Source: the human T2T-CHM13v2.0 reference genome, Homo sapiens. Taken from it: 64,000 nt of DNA. The stretch is from NCBI RefSeq assembly GCF_009914755.1, contig NC_060926.1; one strand, 5' to 3'. This document shows positions 39,009-54,288 of the stretch, piece by piece; position 1 is the first letter of the stretch; every line of letters starts with the position of its first letter. A model generated the notes under the pieces. That model had not been told where the DNA came from. It was given only the letters and a program-made list of their open reading frames with translations, and did not search any database. The position numbers were made by a program, and so were the translations under genes.

Positions 39009-39954
39009 CTACAACTTAGCAGGATGCACTGAGGCCCGGGAAGGTCCTGCGGGACCCTGAGCCTCAAACCAGATTGATCCCTTATGATTTTAAAAGCACC
39101 CGTCTTTGAAGAGACACGAAGCAGAAGACTGCATGGCTACAAACTCACAAAGACCCAAAAAATCTCTGGAAATGTTTCCCCATTGTGAGTGGCTCGAGTC
39201 CCTCCAGGAGCAGGCCCACCTAGGACTGCAGAGGGAGGCTCCTGTAGGCCTGGCTTTCCACGCTCACGGGCCCCTTTCTGCCCTGGGTGGCCAGGGCAGG
39301 GGGCTGCCAGCCTGCTGGGTTGAGCCTTCCTATCTCTGGGAGCAGGTGAGCTGGGGGATTGTCGCTGGGGCTGAGGGGTCTTCTGCCTGGGCCCTCACAG
39401 AGGCTGGGGGTGGAGGGGTACTGCGTCAGGCGCAAGGGGGTGTATGTGGAGGGCTGGGCCTGGCCCAGGGTCAGCTTCAGGGCTCTGAAGCCAGGACTCC
39501 CTCACACAGGGAAACGGGGAGCTGAGCTCTGGACTACCCCTGCTTCTGTGGACAGTCTCAACCATCTGGGTCATCTCAAAGGCAAGACAAGCTGGGCTTG
39601 CGACAATGACAGGGTGTGGGAGGCGCCTCTGAGATAGGCTGCGTGCCACGCCCTTGCACCCAGGACCTGCTGCTTGAGGGTCGGTGCCAGAACTCAGAGG
39701 GCCTACACCCTGCCTCTCTGCAGGGCCAAGGGTTCTTTGAGGTCAGGATGTGGGCTTCTCTGGTCCAGGGAAGAGGCCGGAGTCCCCAGGGTACAGGCTC
39801 ACAGCCATGGCCCCCGCTGCTAGCTGGGGACCTAGAGCAAGTGACTCCACACTGAGACTGTCTGGGCCTTGATTCTCTAGACTTACAAATTGGGCTGATG
39901 GAACCATCCCAGCAGGCCGGGGGAAATCCAGTCGGGGTTAAATGTGAGTCTCTA

Positions 39955-40347
<393 letters not shown>

Positions 40348-40799
40348 TTAAAAAGCCAAATGTGCCGTGGTATTTATTATATAATTTTTTTGTAAAAGTG
40401 GATTTTTTTTTAGGACGCTATAAGATATTTGTGGGTTCCTACAAGTAGCAGGAAGAAAGACAGTCCCCAGGAGTGGGGCTGGCACCTGCACGTGAACTTG
40501 GTATCTGCCATCGACGCCACAGGGTTCCATGAGGGGGAGTGACGCTTACTTCATCACTTTTCTTTCCTTTGTCTTTTATTAATAAGTAAGAATGTCTGAA
40601 TATCCCCTGATCTTGGTTTTCTTCCAGGGCAGCGGAAGGTGGGGTCGGGGGAGATGAAATGGAAGAAGTAGTCAGATCTCTCAGAGGGAATCCTTCACAC
40701 CGAGTTTTTCCCTAAGTACTGGCAGCAGATAAAAGCAGGGAAGAAGTTTACAAGTCAATGACAGGGCAACAGGGCAAAGCATTTGCAACACAACAATTA

Positions 40800-41123
<324 letters not shown>

Positions 41124-41899
41124 TTATAAAAATATAGAAATACAACAGTTCAAGAACCTTTAAATAACTGGAAGAGCCCACAAAACCAGGGGAAACCTGC
41201 TGGGTCTGGAACAAAGCTGGACCTGAGTCAGAAGGCCAAAGCACCCATGTCCCCAGGTGTCCTGGAGCCAGCCTTGCTGGGGCTGGAAAGACCACTGTCA
41301 GGACAGGACGGGTGAGCGAGGACAGACGCACGACGACGTGTCAAACAGAGGCCATGGGAAGGAGCGTTTGGGTTTTAACTCTGGCTTCTGGGTAGAGGTG
41401 AAAAGACAAAGTGACCCTGAGAATTTGCCTGCTTCTAGACACTGGGAGTGGACAGCTACTATCGACAGTGGCAGCTCCGCCAGGCCAGGGCGCCAGGCAG
41501 AAACCACAGCAGGGCCTCTTTGGAGGCACACATACCCACAGCAGGCTTCAAATGAGCACAGCCGGTTAACTTCCAGGAAGCATGAGTTCCCAAACACAAA
41601 AACCCCAAACAACACGGAAGTGAGTCAGCACGAGCCTGGGTCAGGAGGGATGATGAGCGAGGTTCCCAATCCCATTCTCCAATGAAGGGAAGCAGGCTCC
41701 TTGGAGAACAGCTCGGTCCAAGGCTGGGGCGGGGAAAATACAAGACACGAGAGCCTGGAGCACCTCGTGGTGCTGGGAAATCAGGACGTGCCTGAAGGTC
41801 AAGGGACGGGGCCATCACAGGACATGCAGGGCCAGTCTGAAAGGTGCCCCAGGGCCAGAGCAGGAACCAGCTGGGCAGCAAAATCAACACCGTGGTATT

Positions 41900-42630
41900 G
41901 AAGCATGACCCAAAGTGTAAGAAAGACAGATACACAGGAGTTCACCGGGATATGAATAAATAACGAAATACACACACAGGGGAGCAGAGACAACTCCTTG
42001 AGCATTTCAAATAATGCACGTATCTACTCCCCTCTCCAGGAGGTGGGGCTTAAGGCCTCTCCAACTCTGTCCCCCTGAGTGTGCACTGCACTGTGACTTT
42101 CTTCCAAATAATACATTTGGAAAGGCGGTAAAAGCGTAACCCGATGGTGGAAGGACCCGGCAAACATCACTCTCAGCAAATGATCAAGGTCAGTGAGCCG
42201 TGCTGGCAGCACATCTGACAAGCGAATGGCATTTCGATCCTATGATCTTCCTCCCCAAAGCACAGAACCAGGAGAAGAAACTCAAACATGAACTGAAGGG
42301 CAGTCTGCAAAATCTCTGGCCAGTGCTCCTTGAAAAACCATGAAAGACTGAGAAAAAAGACACGAAATGACTAAATGTGACGTGTGATCCTGGACGGGAC
42401 CCTAAAATGGAGAAAGGGCAGTTGTGGTAAAGCTGGTGACATCCAAATACATTCTGGAGTTAATAGTCATGGACCAGCATTGGTTTCTAAGTTGTGACAA
42501 ACGACTCATATCGAAGTAAGATGTTCACAGTAGAAGACGTTTTCTGAGGGGGGATATGAGGAACTTGTACACGATCTCTACAATGTTTCTGTAAATCTCA
42601 GACTATCCAAAAATAAAAAGTTTATTAACT
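41900..42630 (+). mobile_element. L1MC-like 3' end
   Basis: gtgatcctggacgggacc...ctacaatgtttctgtaaatctcagactatccaaaaataaaaagttt. Confidence 0.65.
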
Positions 42631-42699
42631 TTTAATAAGTTTTAATTGATTAGATCCTTAAAGATCGCAGTTACTGAAATGATCAGTTATAAATTATAA

Positions 42700-45110
42700 A
42701 AAGTAAATATAGTGAGTATGTATTAAAAATAAATGACATTTCTGTATGATGAAACAACCAGAGATTTATGAACGTGACATGGAAGATGTGAGACCCAAGC
42801 CAGGGGCAAAAAAACCCAGGAATGCACACCTAGGTACATCAGAGTAAAACTGCAGAACATCAAAAACAAAAAGAAAATTCTAAAAGCTGCTAGAGAAAAC
42901 AGAATCTTCAAAGAGGTAGCCATTAGCCACACACCAACTCCTTAACAGCAATGGAGGCAAGCAGACAGTGGCTTAAAATCTTAAGCCAATCAATGTGTCA
43001 AGAGCAAATCCTTGTCAACCCAGAATTGTTTATCCAGTGAAACTATCATCCAAGAACAAGGGTGAGATAAAGACCTGCCTCCTCACAAACGCGAGCTGGG
43101 GAAGTTGACCACATGAGTGTTTTCCCAAGGGACACTCTAGTGGATGTATTATACTTAAGGCAGTATGAAAATAATCCTAGAAGACAGTGTGAGAAATGAG
43201 AAGGAATGATGAGCCAAGAAAATGACATAAGTACAGGAAAGCCTGGATGAACAGGGATGACATAGAGCAATAATAATGGTGTCTTATCAGTGAAATCAAA
43301 CAAAAGAAAGAAGGAAATGAAACACCAGTCAGTGATATAACCTGGGATGGGGCACTGAGGCTAGGGCTGCCAGATTTAGTAAAACAAAAACAAACAAAAC
43401 CATTCACGGCCCTGGTTAAATTTCAGTGTCTGATAAACAAGTAGTTTTGCAGTGGAAGGATACCCACCTGGGTGCTCTGTGTCTACTCTGGCACCCTAAT
43501 TGGGGCTGGCCCAGTCCGGGCTTTGGTTTGCATGGAGGTGGGAGTGAGGATGCTGACTGTGTTGACAATACATGCTCCAATTGTTAAAGATGACGAATGA
43601 AAAACAAGAAAATAGGTTGCATATCTTTGGACTCAGTAGAGGGAACAAATGGAATGCAGGAAACCCTCAATTACCCCAAGAGAAGGCGAGAAAAGAGAAA
43701 AAGGAAAGAGCCACAGAAACTGGGGACAAACAATGAATAAGATGCTAAGAAGGCATCTGAAAAAAGGGATCAAACTAACAGCAAATGACCCACGTTTCCA
43801 CTTAAAGCACAGACCACAGGATAGGACGTGAAAATAATATATTGCCCAGGCTTTTGCTGTTTATAGGAGACACATCTGAAACTTCAGGGGAAGGCTAAAA
43901 GTCCCAAAGGAAAACTGACGCTAGGCAGGCAAACCTGGCCAAAGGGCAGCTGGGGTCACAGCTCCAATATCTGGCACAAAAGATGTAAGGGAAAGGCCAT
44001 TACTGGATATACAGGTTATTGTGATAAGACTTCAATTCATCACGAAAGGGCATAATGATGTCAAATGTCTATATTTAGTAAAGCAGCTTTAAAATGTCTA
44101 AGTAAAAATGGGTGCAATGGAAAGAAGACAAGAATATGTGTGTCCCACCATCGTGGGAGACTTTGCCATGTCTTTCTCAGATCCAGCAGACAATCGTCGG
44201 TCAGGAAAACCAAAGCGTGAACAATACAATTAGCAAGTTCTGTTTAATGAACACAAACAGAACTCTGGGAAACAGACGGAGAGGACACATTATCCCAAAC
44301 ACATGTGGAATGTCTCTGCAGGCTGACCACGCACTGGCCCGTAAAGCAAGTCGCCACAAAAAAATAAATGCCAACCACACTTCCTTTTCTTACCACAGTG
44401 CAATTTGTTAGAAATTGATAGCAAAAAGAGAACCATGAGTCCTTATGTTTGGAAATTAGAAAACACACCAACTCATGGCTCAAAGAAGAAATCATAACAG
44501 ACATCAGGAAATGCTGAGAATTAAAAAGTAATGAAAAGTGCTACCTATCACGATGTGAGATGCGGCTGGATGCCATGTTGGAGCCATTTACAGCCCTAAC
44601 TGCACACATCAGGAAAGACTAAAAATAAATATCCAATGTAAGAAGTTAGCCAGAGAACACAGTGGTCCTAAAGCAAGAAGGAAAGAAGATAGATGGGAAA
44701 GCAGACAAATTCTGAAAAGAAAAAAGGATGCTGCAGTTGAAAACTGATTCTCGGAAGTGCTTGAGTAAACTGACAGGCTCCGGCAGGACTGACGGAGGAA
44801 ACCCAAGTTCGGGGGGGTACACAGGGACAACCCCAGGGATGAAAGGGGGCCCCGGCTACAGGCAGAGCAGAGACGTGAAAGGCAGGAAACTGGGGACACT
44901 TAACTCTTGCCAAGAAATCTGAAGAAATTCTGGTTGAAATGGAGACATTTCTGGTAAAATGTAACTTCTCAAAATTAAGAAGGAATAGGAAACTTCAATA
45001 GACCTATAACCATTAAAGTCACTGAATCTGTAATTTAAAATTTTCACCCAAAGTAAACCTGCGGCCTAGGAGAGTTCTCCCAGTCAAGGAACAGATTATC
45101 CTGATCCTAC
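42700..45110 (+). mobile_element. Degraded L1M ORF1/ORF2 fragments
   Basis: A-rich L1-like blocks (aaaattctaaaagctgctagagaaaa; ccagaattgtttatccagtgaaactatcatc; ggaaattagaaaacacacc). Confidence 0.65.
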
Positions 45111-45157
45111 CTCCACTCCTCCAGAGGACAGGGAGAACACTCCTAGGGAGCCAGCTA

Positions 45158-45337
45158 CCACCCACCAGCCTGGAGCACAGCTCTCCTGGGGGCCTTGGAC
45201 CCATCCACCAGCCTGCAGGACAGTCCTCTGGGGGGCCTTGGACCCACCTACCAGCCTGCAGGACAGTCCTCTGGGGGACCTTGGACCCACCCACCAGCCT
45301 GCAGGAGAGCTCTCCGGGGGCCCTTGGATCCACCCAC
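45158..45337. repeat. 43-bp tandem repeat, 4 copies
   Basis: ccaccagcctgcaggacagtcctctggggggccttggacc; ttgga recurs at 45195, 45238, 45281, 45324. Confidence 0.92.
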
Positions 45338-45779
45338 GTCCGTCACACTCGTAGTTCTCGAGAGTGACCGTGGACTGTGCTGGGCAACACAGCCTGAGAT
45401 GTGAAGGACACGGGCTGGCCAGCCTGGCTCTGTCCCAGTCCTCCGCCGGTGGAAACAGGGCACCCTTCAGTGCTTCAGCTCAGTGTGTCACATGGCACTC
45501 GGGGTACAAAATTCAGGACAGGCTGTTTCCTAGAGGAGCGCACTGATGGGACTCCATCCACTGGGGCATTTCTGAGCCTTGGGGGACTGGCTCATGGTGC
45601 CCTGGGCTTCTGCCGTCCCCTGCTGCCTGTCTGTAAGTAGTAAATCTGCTGCACAGAATGTGTGTGTGGGTGTTGTCTCCCTGGACTCACACAGGCTGGT
45701 CACCAATGTGTGGAGAACCTGCTTCACACCACCGCTCTCTCCTTCTCTCCCTCTGTCCATCTGTCTAATTCACCCCACT

Positions 45780-45990
45780 AAGAACAAATAGGGAAAAGAC
45801 AATCCAATAGAAAAACGGGTTGACATGAACTTCACAAGGAGGGAAAGCCCAGGTGGCCAATAGGCAGATGCGGGGCTGCTCTGCCGTGGCGGTCATGAGG
45901 AAGGGACCCTGGAGCCCTGCAGAGGGGCCAGTTTTACCCCCGTCCAGCTGGCAAAGGTCAAGGGCAACAATGCCAAGTGCTGCTGAGGTC
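45780..45990 (+). mobile_element. GC-shifted L1M ORF2 3' fragment
   Basis: aaagacaatccaatagaaaaacggg...ggccaataggcagatg...caatgccaagtgctgctgagg. Confidence 0.55.
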
Positions 45991-46502
45991 TGGTCACGCC
46001 ACTGCTGAAGACAGTTTTAACCCTTAAAAAGCCGCTTGATGTTATCTCCTAAAGGTGAACAAACACATCCTGGGCCATCTCCCCTCCTGGACGTTTACCG
46101 GAGACACGGCCACCTAGGTGTATTGGGGACTTGCCCGGAAGTTCAGCGTAACTCTGTCTGTCACAAGCAAACCCGGAGCAGCCCGCACCTGCCCCGGCCC
46201 GGGCCCGTGTGGGATGCACGCAGGCTCCTTTACAGAGGGGGCCCCAGGGAAGGGGGAGCGCTGAGATGTCCCTTACATCCCAACACCCAGGTAACAGGGC
46301 CCAGAGGGACGGCCCCGCTGTGTGTGGCCACAGCTCCTTCAACTCTGAAGGCCACGAGGCTGGGCTCTGTCTTGCTGAAAGTCGGCCAGGAAGGCTTTGG
46401 CAGCCCGGATGGAAAGAGGAGCAAGCGGGACACACGACGTGGACCCTGTGCGCGCCACAATCGGCTGCATGCAGATAAAACATTCACCGTTGGCACGGGG
46501 GG

Positions 46503-46990
46503 AGTGTGACTGAGTGTGTGTGGTGTGTGTAAGCATTCATGTGTATGAATGTGCGTGACAGCATGTGCTTGTGGGGTATGTGTGCGTGTGTGGTGTGTGT
46601 GTGCACGTGAGACTGTGTGGTGCATTCATGAGTATGCACGTGCAGATGTGAGACTGGTGCTTCTGTGGGTGTGCAGATGTGTGGTGTGTGCATGCACAAG
46701 AGGGCATACCTGTGTGGTGCATGTGATGTGTGAGACTGTGGTACCTGTGTGGGTGTGCGTGTGTGTGGTGTGTGCATGCACAAGAGGGTGTGTGGTGTGT
46801 GCACGTGTGACTGGTGCCTGTGTGGGTGTGCGTATGTGTGGTGTGTGCGTGCATGAGAGGGTGCACGTGTGTGCACGTGTGACTGGTGCTTGCGTGGGTG
46901 TGCATGTGTGGTGTGCATGAGCAAGGATGCACGTGCATGTGAGACTGTGGTGCCTATGTGTGGTGTGTGTGTACAAGAGGGTGGCCATGT
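46503..46990. repeat. TG-rich degenerate simple/tandem repeat
   Basis: gtgtggtgtgtgcatgcacaagaggg / gtgactggtgc units. Confidence 0.9.
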
Positions 46991-48515
46991 GGGGTGTCAG
47001 TGTGAGAGGAAGAGTGACTGGAAGCAGGCAGCCAGCTCTCAGGTTAATCCAACTCAGTCCCTCACACACACTTGGTTTTCGTTACTTTGTTAGAGCTGTT
47101 TCACAACCACACCTTTCACAAAGCATCAGGACATAACTAATAAGCTAAACTCCCGGGGGAAAACCTTTTCCACACGACACCACCCTCCTGCTCCACGAAT
47201 GTCTTCCACGAATCCTGGAGTGGGTTAAATGAGATGGTGGCATTTTAACCCTGAAATGCCCCATGACTAAAGTAGAAAATTGGCCCAAGCAAAAACCTGC
47301 TTTGGGCATGGTCTCAGACAGGAGAGACGGTCCTTTCCTAACCTCCCGGGGGCACGGGCCTGGGCCACAGATCCCCGTGGCCGTCTGGTGCAGGGTCTTT
47401 GATGGAAGTTGGCTGGAGGCCCGACTCGGTGCTGCGCCCACACGACTCCACGGCCCATCTACACTGCAACATGCAACACTCGTAGGGAACTTTTCACTGC
47501 CCATAGTCACTGGCAGTTGCAGATAACTGAACATGGAAACTATTAAATAAAATGGTTGCTGGGAACAGCACAGGCCTCCAGACCTACGCGCTGAAGACAG
47601 AGGGGTCGCTCTGATAGCGGGGACGCCAAGGCCCCTCTGCGCTTCCTGTCCCGCACACCCTATAACTCAGCCACTTCTGCAGCAACAGGGTCCCCGCAGG
47701 CCACTGCCGTCACAGCTGGCGGCCCCGCCTGTGTGTGCCAGATCGCCTGGCACACTGTATATCAACCTTCATCAAAGGCTGCCGGGCAGAGGGGCGGGGC
47801 CCAGGCCAACTCTTGTGCATTAAAGAGACTTTTAAAGAGACCTTGATAAAACTAGTGCTTCCTCCTTTTTGACGTGTTTAAGTAAAAGAACATTTTCTTG
47901 TTAGAAGCGCAAACACGCATCAGGAAGCAAGAACAGGCCACGGCTGAAAGCGAAGTTCCCTATTGTTATTTAAAATAACTAGCCAGAAGAACCATAAGGC
48001 TTCGGGATGGTAGAATATATACGTCAGTTGCCTTTTAACTGGAGCAAAAAGGGGGAAAAGACTGTTTGATGTGAAGAAAGGACCTGTAAAGTGCTTTGGA
48101 CATTTTAAACAGCAGCCCGGTCTTTTATCCAGCCTGTCGCTGGCCAGCTCACCCGCTGCAGGGATGCCACCTGGATCTTTGATCTACTTGTGATTTATGT
48201 TAACATGAACACCATCCCTGACCAGCAAAGATGGCCAGAAGGCAGGGCGTGTCCTGGTACCTGCAGCCACTGCCCATGTCCCCTCTCGGCACCCCTCTGG
48301 CTGGCGCAGGCCCCTGCGATGGCCCAGGCTGCAGGTCCCAAGGGGCTCCCCTTGGCGATGCAAGGTCCTGACCCCGCCAAGGCCCTGACCTTGGCCATTG
48401 CCTGCTGTCACTCCTCCGGCTAAGTCTTGTGCCCTTGGGGCTTGGCACACATGGGGTCTCGCATACTCCAGGTCTGCTGTCCCGGGGTCACGCACCCAGG
48501 GGTCTTGCTCTGTAG

Positions 48516-48902
<387 letters not shown>

Positions 48903-51490
48903 TCAGCTGTCGGCGGAGGTGTGCAAGGGGACGTATGCGCCCACCCCTCAGAAGATCCAGGGGTTTCAGTGGGGCCCAACAGACCACCTCAGGCCTGGCC
49001 ATGCGTCCCTCTCTCCCCTTTCCCCTTCTGCCTCGTGCTCTTGGCTTGGCCAGCCCAGCCTCCCCCACACCTGCGAGAGCCCAACTGTCCTCCCGTGAGG
49101 TGCCTGCACTTCTGGGCTCTCACTGACCCCCAGGGTCACCCTGCCCTTGGCGTCCTCTACTTCTTCAAGCCACCGAACCTCCCTCCTGTCTGGGAGACCA
49201 CTGGCCAGTGCCCACTTCCCTGACCGCCAGCTCCCTGGCTTCCCAAGTCTGGGTCAAGGCCCCATGGGCCCCATGGCAGCCTTTGGGTGAGCCGAGGCTC
49301 AGCGCTGCCGGTCCTGGGCCTCCCTCAGCGGCTGCGCATGGTCACCGGGGCAAGGCACTGAGCCCTGCCGATCATCTGCAGGCCTCACCCACGGCCCTTA
49401 GATCAGGAGTCACTGCAGAGAGACGGAGCCTCGTAGGTTCTAAGGAAGCTGCCCCTCTCCCTCTAATGGCAAGGGCTGGAGGAACACACAGCTGACGCGC
49501 ACCGCCCTGGCTTCCCTGGCCTGGAAAAGCTCCCCTTGCTGTGCCGGGCAGTTTGTGTCACCTGGAGATATTGCTGGTGTGCTTGGCCTTCAGGCCTGTG
49601 TCTGAATGAGACCTTTCCTGGAAAATAAAGCAGGTTTGTCTCAGAGTGAATCTTTCAAAATTTAGGATTACAGTGCTGGCCTTTCTGGGAAAGCCATGGC
49701 AGCAGCCCTGCTGGGGGCGGGGGAGGGGCCCGGAGGATGCCCTGTGCTGCTCCCACTTCTGGCGCAGGGGGAGACCCCTGACTGGAGTGCCCCTGGCTGG
49801 AGGCGGGACCTGCAGTCCCAGGTCCCACCTCCGCCGTCTCTGATGCTGCCCCTCACATCGGCCTCAACAGAAGGGGAGGGAGGAAGGTTCTGGTGCTGTG
49901 GCGGCCTGGGGCCCTAGAAAGGTGGGGGTCTTGACTGCTCACAATAAGACCCTGCTCTCAAGAGCAGACCCAGGTCAGGAACGTACGGCTTCCTCGGCTA
50001 AAGCAGCACCCAGTTAGCAGCGAGTTACCAACCGTTTGGAAAGCAACCTGCTTCCCAGGGACAGACGGCAGAGGTGGTGGAGGTGGGAACTGGCTGTGAC
50101 CAGTGGGGTTCCTCTCATAATGGGGTTTGCACTGGGAAGAAGACACCCTTTTGTTCTAACGCTCACAATGAGAATTCCAGCACCCACGCCCATGTGCAGG
50201 AGGCGTCCTCTGCGAGGTGCCCTGTGTGCTGGCCACCTCGAGGCCCACTGCGCATGCTGAGGCCACTCACAGACAGTGGGCCAGAGAGTGGACCCTCCCT
50301 CTGCATTTTCCAGAACAATGCGAACGATGCCTGCACACCAGACCCCGCGAGCGCCGTGCTTAACTACAGGGGTCCGTGGCCTCCTGTGCGGCCTGACGTT
50401 TCCCCACCGCTCGTGACCTCGAGTGCCTCTGGGCGCTGCCCTTAGTTGCACGGCACCCGGACCGTCCTGGAGTGAGCAGGGCCAGCTTTCCATCGGGGGA
50501 GGCTTGCACAGAGTGTCCTGGGATGGCTGCAGTCCCTGCCATCCCTCTGCCCGCCCCACAATGCCAGGCCAGAGCGCCTGTCAGTAAGAGCCATCAGACA
50601 CCAGAACCCAGGGGCGTGCAAGGCACCTGTAAGTGTGTGACCGCCTGTCTGGTGAACAGAGGGCCTGGGACCAGCACCTTGGTCTGGAGCACCCACAGGC
50701 AGGCAAAAGCCAGCACTGACCCGAGGGCATCTGAGCTGCTGTCCCACTGGTTCCCCAAACATAAGGGACTGGGGAGATTTTTTTGTAAAGACAGGTGAGG
50801 TCGGATGGTAGAGTGCTGCCTTTTCCTTGAGCTGAAAATGAGGATGCTGCTTCCAGAGAAGTCCCCCAGAGTGGGGGCTGAGCATCAAATGGGGGTGAAA
50901 ATGCAGGTTTCCTGCAAACCGCTGAGCACCAGGACACCCCCACTAAAGTGCCCTGTCACCCCGACTCTACTGAGACTGTCCTCAGGACTGCCGGGCTGGG
51001 GAGGGCAGTCCCAGAGGGCACAGGAGGCAGACTCCCACCCTGCCCCCTGGCAAGGCCTCTGCATCTGGTGTGCTGGAGCCTCAGGCACTGCCCTGCCCTC
51101 CGCTTCCTGTGGTCAAGTGATCTGGACACATGGCCCTTGAGTCCCCCACGTGCCAGCTGGCTGTTCTCCGGACCTGCACTGGACACCCAGCGCAGGCAGC
51201 CAGGCAGAGCTCTGCGTGGGGAAGCCACCGACTGAGTCGTGTCTTGGGGATCTGGACTCACACCCAAAACCCTGTAGACGGGTTCAGAGGCTCAGGAAGA
51301 GCAGGTGTGGGAAACTCAGAATGAAAGGTACCCCTCCACTTTGTGTCACACACTTCAGACACTCTTGGAGGTGGATATGACATTGGTAGCTGTGGCACTG
51401 CCTCCTCCTCCCATCTCACTGGCCCACACCTGGTGGAGGCCCTGCTGGGAGCAGGGAGGCCCGGGCCCCAGCGTCACGCTGGAATGGAAC

Positions 51491-51504
51491 GCTGCAGGTG
51501 GCGC
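51491..51504 (+). promoter_or_regulatory. Candidate CTCF site (intronic)
   Basis: GCTGCAGGTGGCGC core match. Confidence 0.35.
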
Positions 51505-52095
51505 TCTCACCCCGAGCCCGTGGAACATTCTTTTTCTCTGCCCAGGTCTCAGAGGCCAGCTGTACAGACCACAGCGTCTCTGACTCCCTCCGGCGGTGTT
51601 GGTAGGGACACAGCAGGGAGCCCTGTCCCTGGGGGCTCAGAGCAGCAGACAGGCCTGCTGGGCAGAAGAGCCCCAGCCTGCCTTGGGGCCACTGACCGAA
51701 ACCCACATGAGGACTCCCTAGAGAAGCTGACTGTCCACAGAGGAAACGAAGAGAGAAAGAAAAAGAAAACCTCTGGTCACAGTGTGCTCCACGTAATGGA
51801 GAGAGGGACCCTGAACTGAAAGGGTGCAGTCGCACCGCAGAGGACCCTGAGCCATCTTCTCACGACAAGAGGGCTCCTTCCAGTCCTGCCCCCTGCACCT
51901 CTTCCAGCCATCGTCACGGTTCTGCCACATTTAGAGCTATGCGGGGGTGGGGGGCAGGTGCAAGGCGGAGCTGCAAGCATCCACGTGGTCAGAGACCCAC
52001 TGGCTTTTTCATGCTCTGGGGCTCTCGGGCAGCCAGGCCACAACCCCGAGCCTGTCAGTGTGGAGCATCCTGTGGGGTCTCTGGGGTCTTCCTAC

Positions 52096-52229
52096 CTCGT
52101 TTCCCAGCAAGGCAGAAACACATGCTTCCGAGGCGTCGCAAATGGCGGTCAGGTCGTGGCCTCCCTCGAGGGCCAGGACAATCCGGCCGCCAGCCAGGCC
52201 CATCAGCTGCTTCGTCAGGTACCCGAAGC
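52096..52229 (-). CDS. HDAC4: HDAC4 coding exon (aa ~952-996) with class IIa LEGGH motif (H976)
   Basis: 134 nt reading (C)[44 protein letters not shown]; acceptor cccgttgcag, donor gtagga. Confidence 0.98.
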
Positions 52230-53845
52230 CTGCAACGGGAAACGGGAGACTGCAGTGTGAACGGGGGAGGACCGCAGCCAGCACAGCCCAGAAACGCGTC
52301 TCATGGCATCGTAAGAAGACTGGGGGCTGGGGTGTCGAGACACATGGCCAGGCCGGGTTTCGTTTAATAAATTCGCTGAAGAGTTTCGGCTTTGGATTTC
52401 CTCTTTGATCTGTTTGAGAGGAGGAATTATGGCTTCAATGCTTTGATTTTTAATCAGCAAATCATCTGCTTTAGGGGACGAGGGCAGCCAGCCCCACCCA
52501 GAGGCTGCAGGCCACCTGCCCTTCGGCCCCCGCAGAGGGGCTATGGCCATGCTCTTGTGGCCGTGGCCCAGCGGGCTCTGGTTATCTGACATGCTCCAAA
52601 CATGTATGTGTACACATGTGCACAGGCTGCATGTGCTCCTGAAGCGTTCTCCCACGTCCAGGTCTGAGCGTTTGGCTTTGATCAAGAGCCACAGTCCCGC
52701 CACTGCACCCACATCACTCACCCCAGGAGGGAATGCCTGGTGGATGAGGGTAATCACCACCCTCAGCCAGGCCAGGCCGGTGCTGATTAGAGAGCCCGGA
52801 ACCACGCGCCGCTAATTAGTGGCCCCGATCATGGGCTGGCGAGGCCGTAACTTCCCAAAGCCTCGGTTCATCCCATCTGATGGAAACAGTGACAGGGGCT
52901 TCGAGGCAGCTGTGCGGACTGAGGAGGAAGCTGAGGATGTGGTGGCCGCGGTGCTCCGGGCCGGGTGCTGTGGGGCGTTGGGCACAGTGGAAGCTCTTTG
53001 CCCTCTGTCTGGTCACTTTGCTGGCCACTAGGCTGCACGGCCTGGTGGACTGTGGGAGGCCCCAGGGGAGCACAGCCACCGAGGGCTGCCTCAGGTCTCC
53101 TGGGTGAGCCACACCCTCCCCACGCAAGGACCTGAGAGACGGGCCCCTCCTTGGCCGCCTGTGCCGACAGGAGTGGGGAGGGCCATATACTGTGGACGCT
53201 GGGGCCTTGAGGGCATCACCAGGGCTAGGACCAAGGCCACAGGATGCTTGGGCCTCGGGAGGCTCTCCAGGATCCTCGGGGACTCCAGGGTGGGGGAGGC
53301 GGCCAGGCCTTTGTGTGCGCCAGGTTTTCATCTCCTTGTGAGTTGCTGAGGCACAGCAGGAGCACTGCTGGGCAGTCCCTCCTCCCATCCTGACAGCATG
53401 GCCCCTAACGCTGATCCTGAGAGGACACACACATCCTGGGCTCCCTCATCCAACTCTGAACTCAACTGTGCCCCCAGCAACTTCCCTTTACAGTTCCAAG
53501 GAGCACCGCCTGCCAGAGAAGCGGCATGGGGCACATCTCAGCTCTTGGTGGGACCAGGACCTGCCCCTGGAGGTGGCCTGCAGGTCCCTAGGCACCCGCA
53601 TCCCAGAGAGGGAGCCTCGTGTGCCCTAGGCCCTTCCTGGGCAAAGAGTGCCCGAGGTGCCTGGGTCTGAGCTCCCGCTGCCTGCTCTGGGCTCTCTGGG
53701 GCCTCCCAAATGGACTGGTTCCCAGTACGGTCAGAACCTTGGTCATTAGTAAAAAGGTGCCCTTCCTTATCTCGTTATTAAAAAGGGGACCTGACACGCG
53801 GAACACAGCGGATCATGGACATGAGCAGAACCGGCTCCTCAGTCA

Positions 53846-54148
<303 letters not shown>

Positions 54149-54190
54149 TTAGAAGGGAATCAACCCACGTGTGATCCAGGCTCATTTCAC

Positions 54191-54288
54191 ATCTTCACAG
54201 TGCAAGCCAGCAAGCCCCACGACACTTGCTTAGTGAGAGTGAGTCACGGTGCAAGCCAGCAAGCCCCACGACACTTGCTTGGTGAGAG
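54191..54288 (-). ncRNA. MIR4440: MIR4440 precursor region, intronic in HDAC4 and inside a VNTR
   Basis: Minus strand contains UGUCGUGGGGCUUGCUGGCUUG (recalled mature miR-4440) at 54203-54224 and again at 54252-54273; position in an HDAC4 intron fits. Confidence 0.75.
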
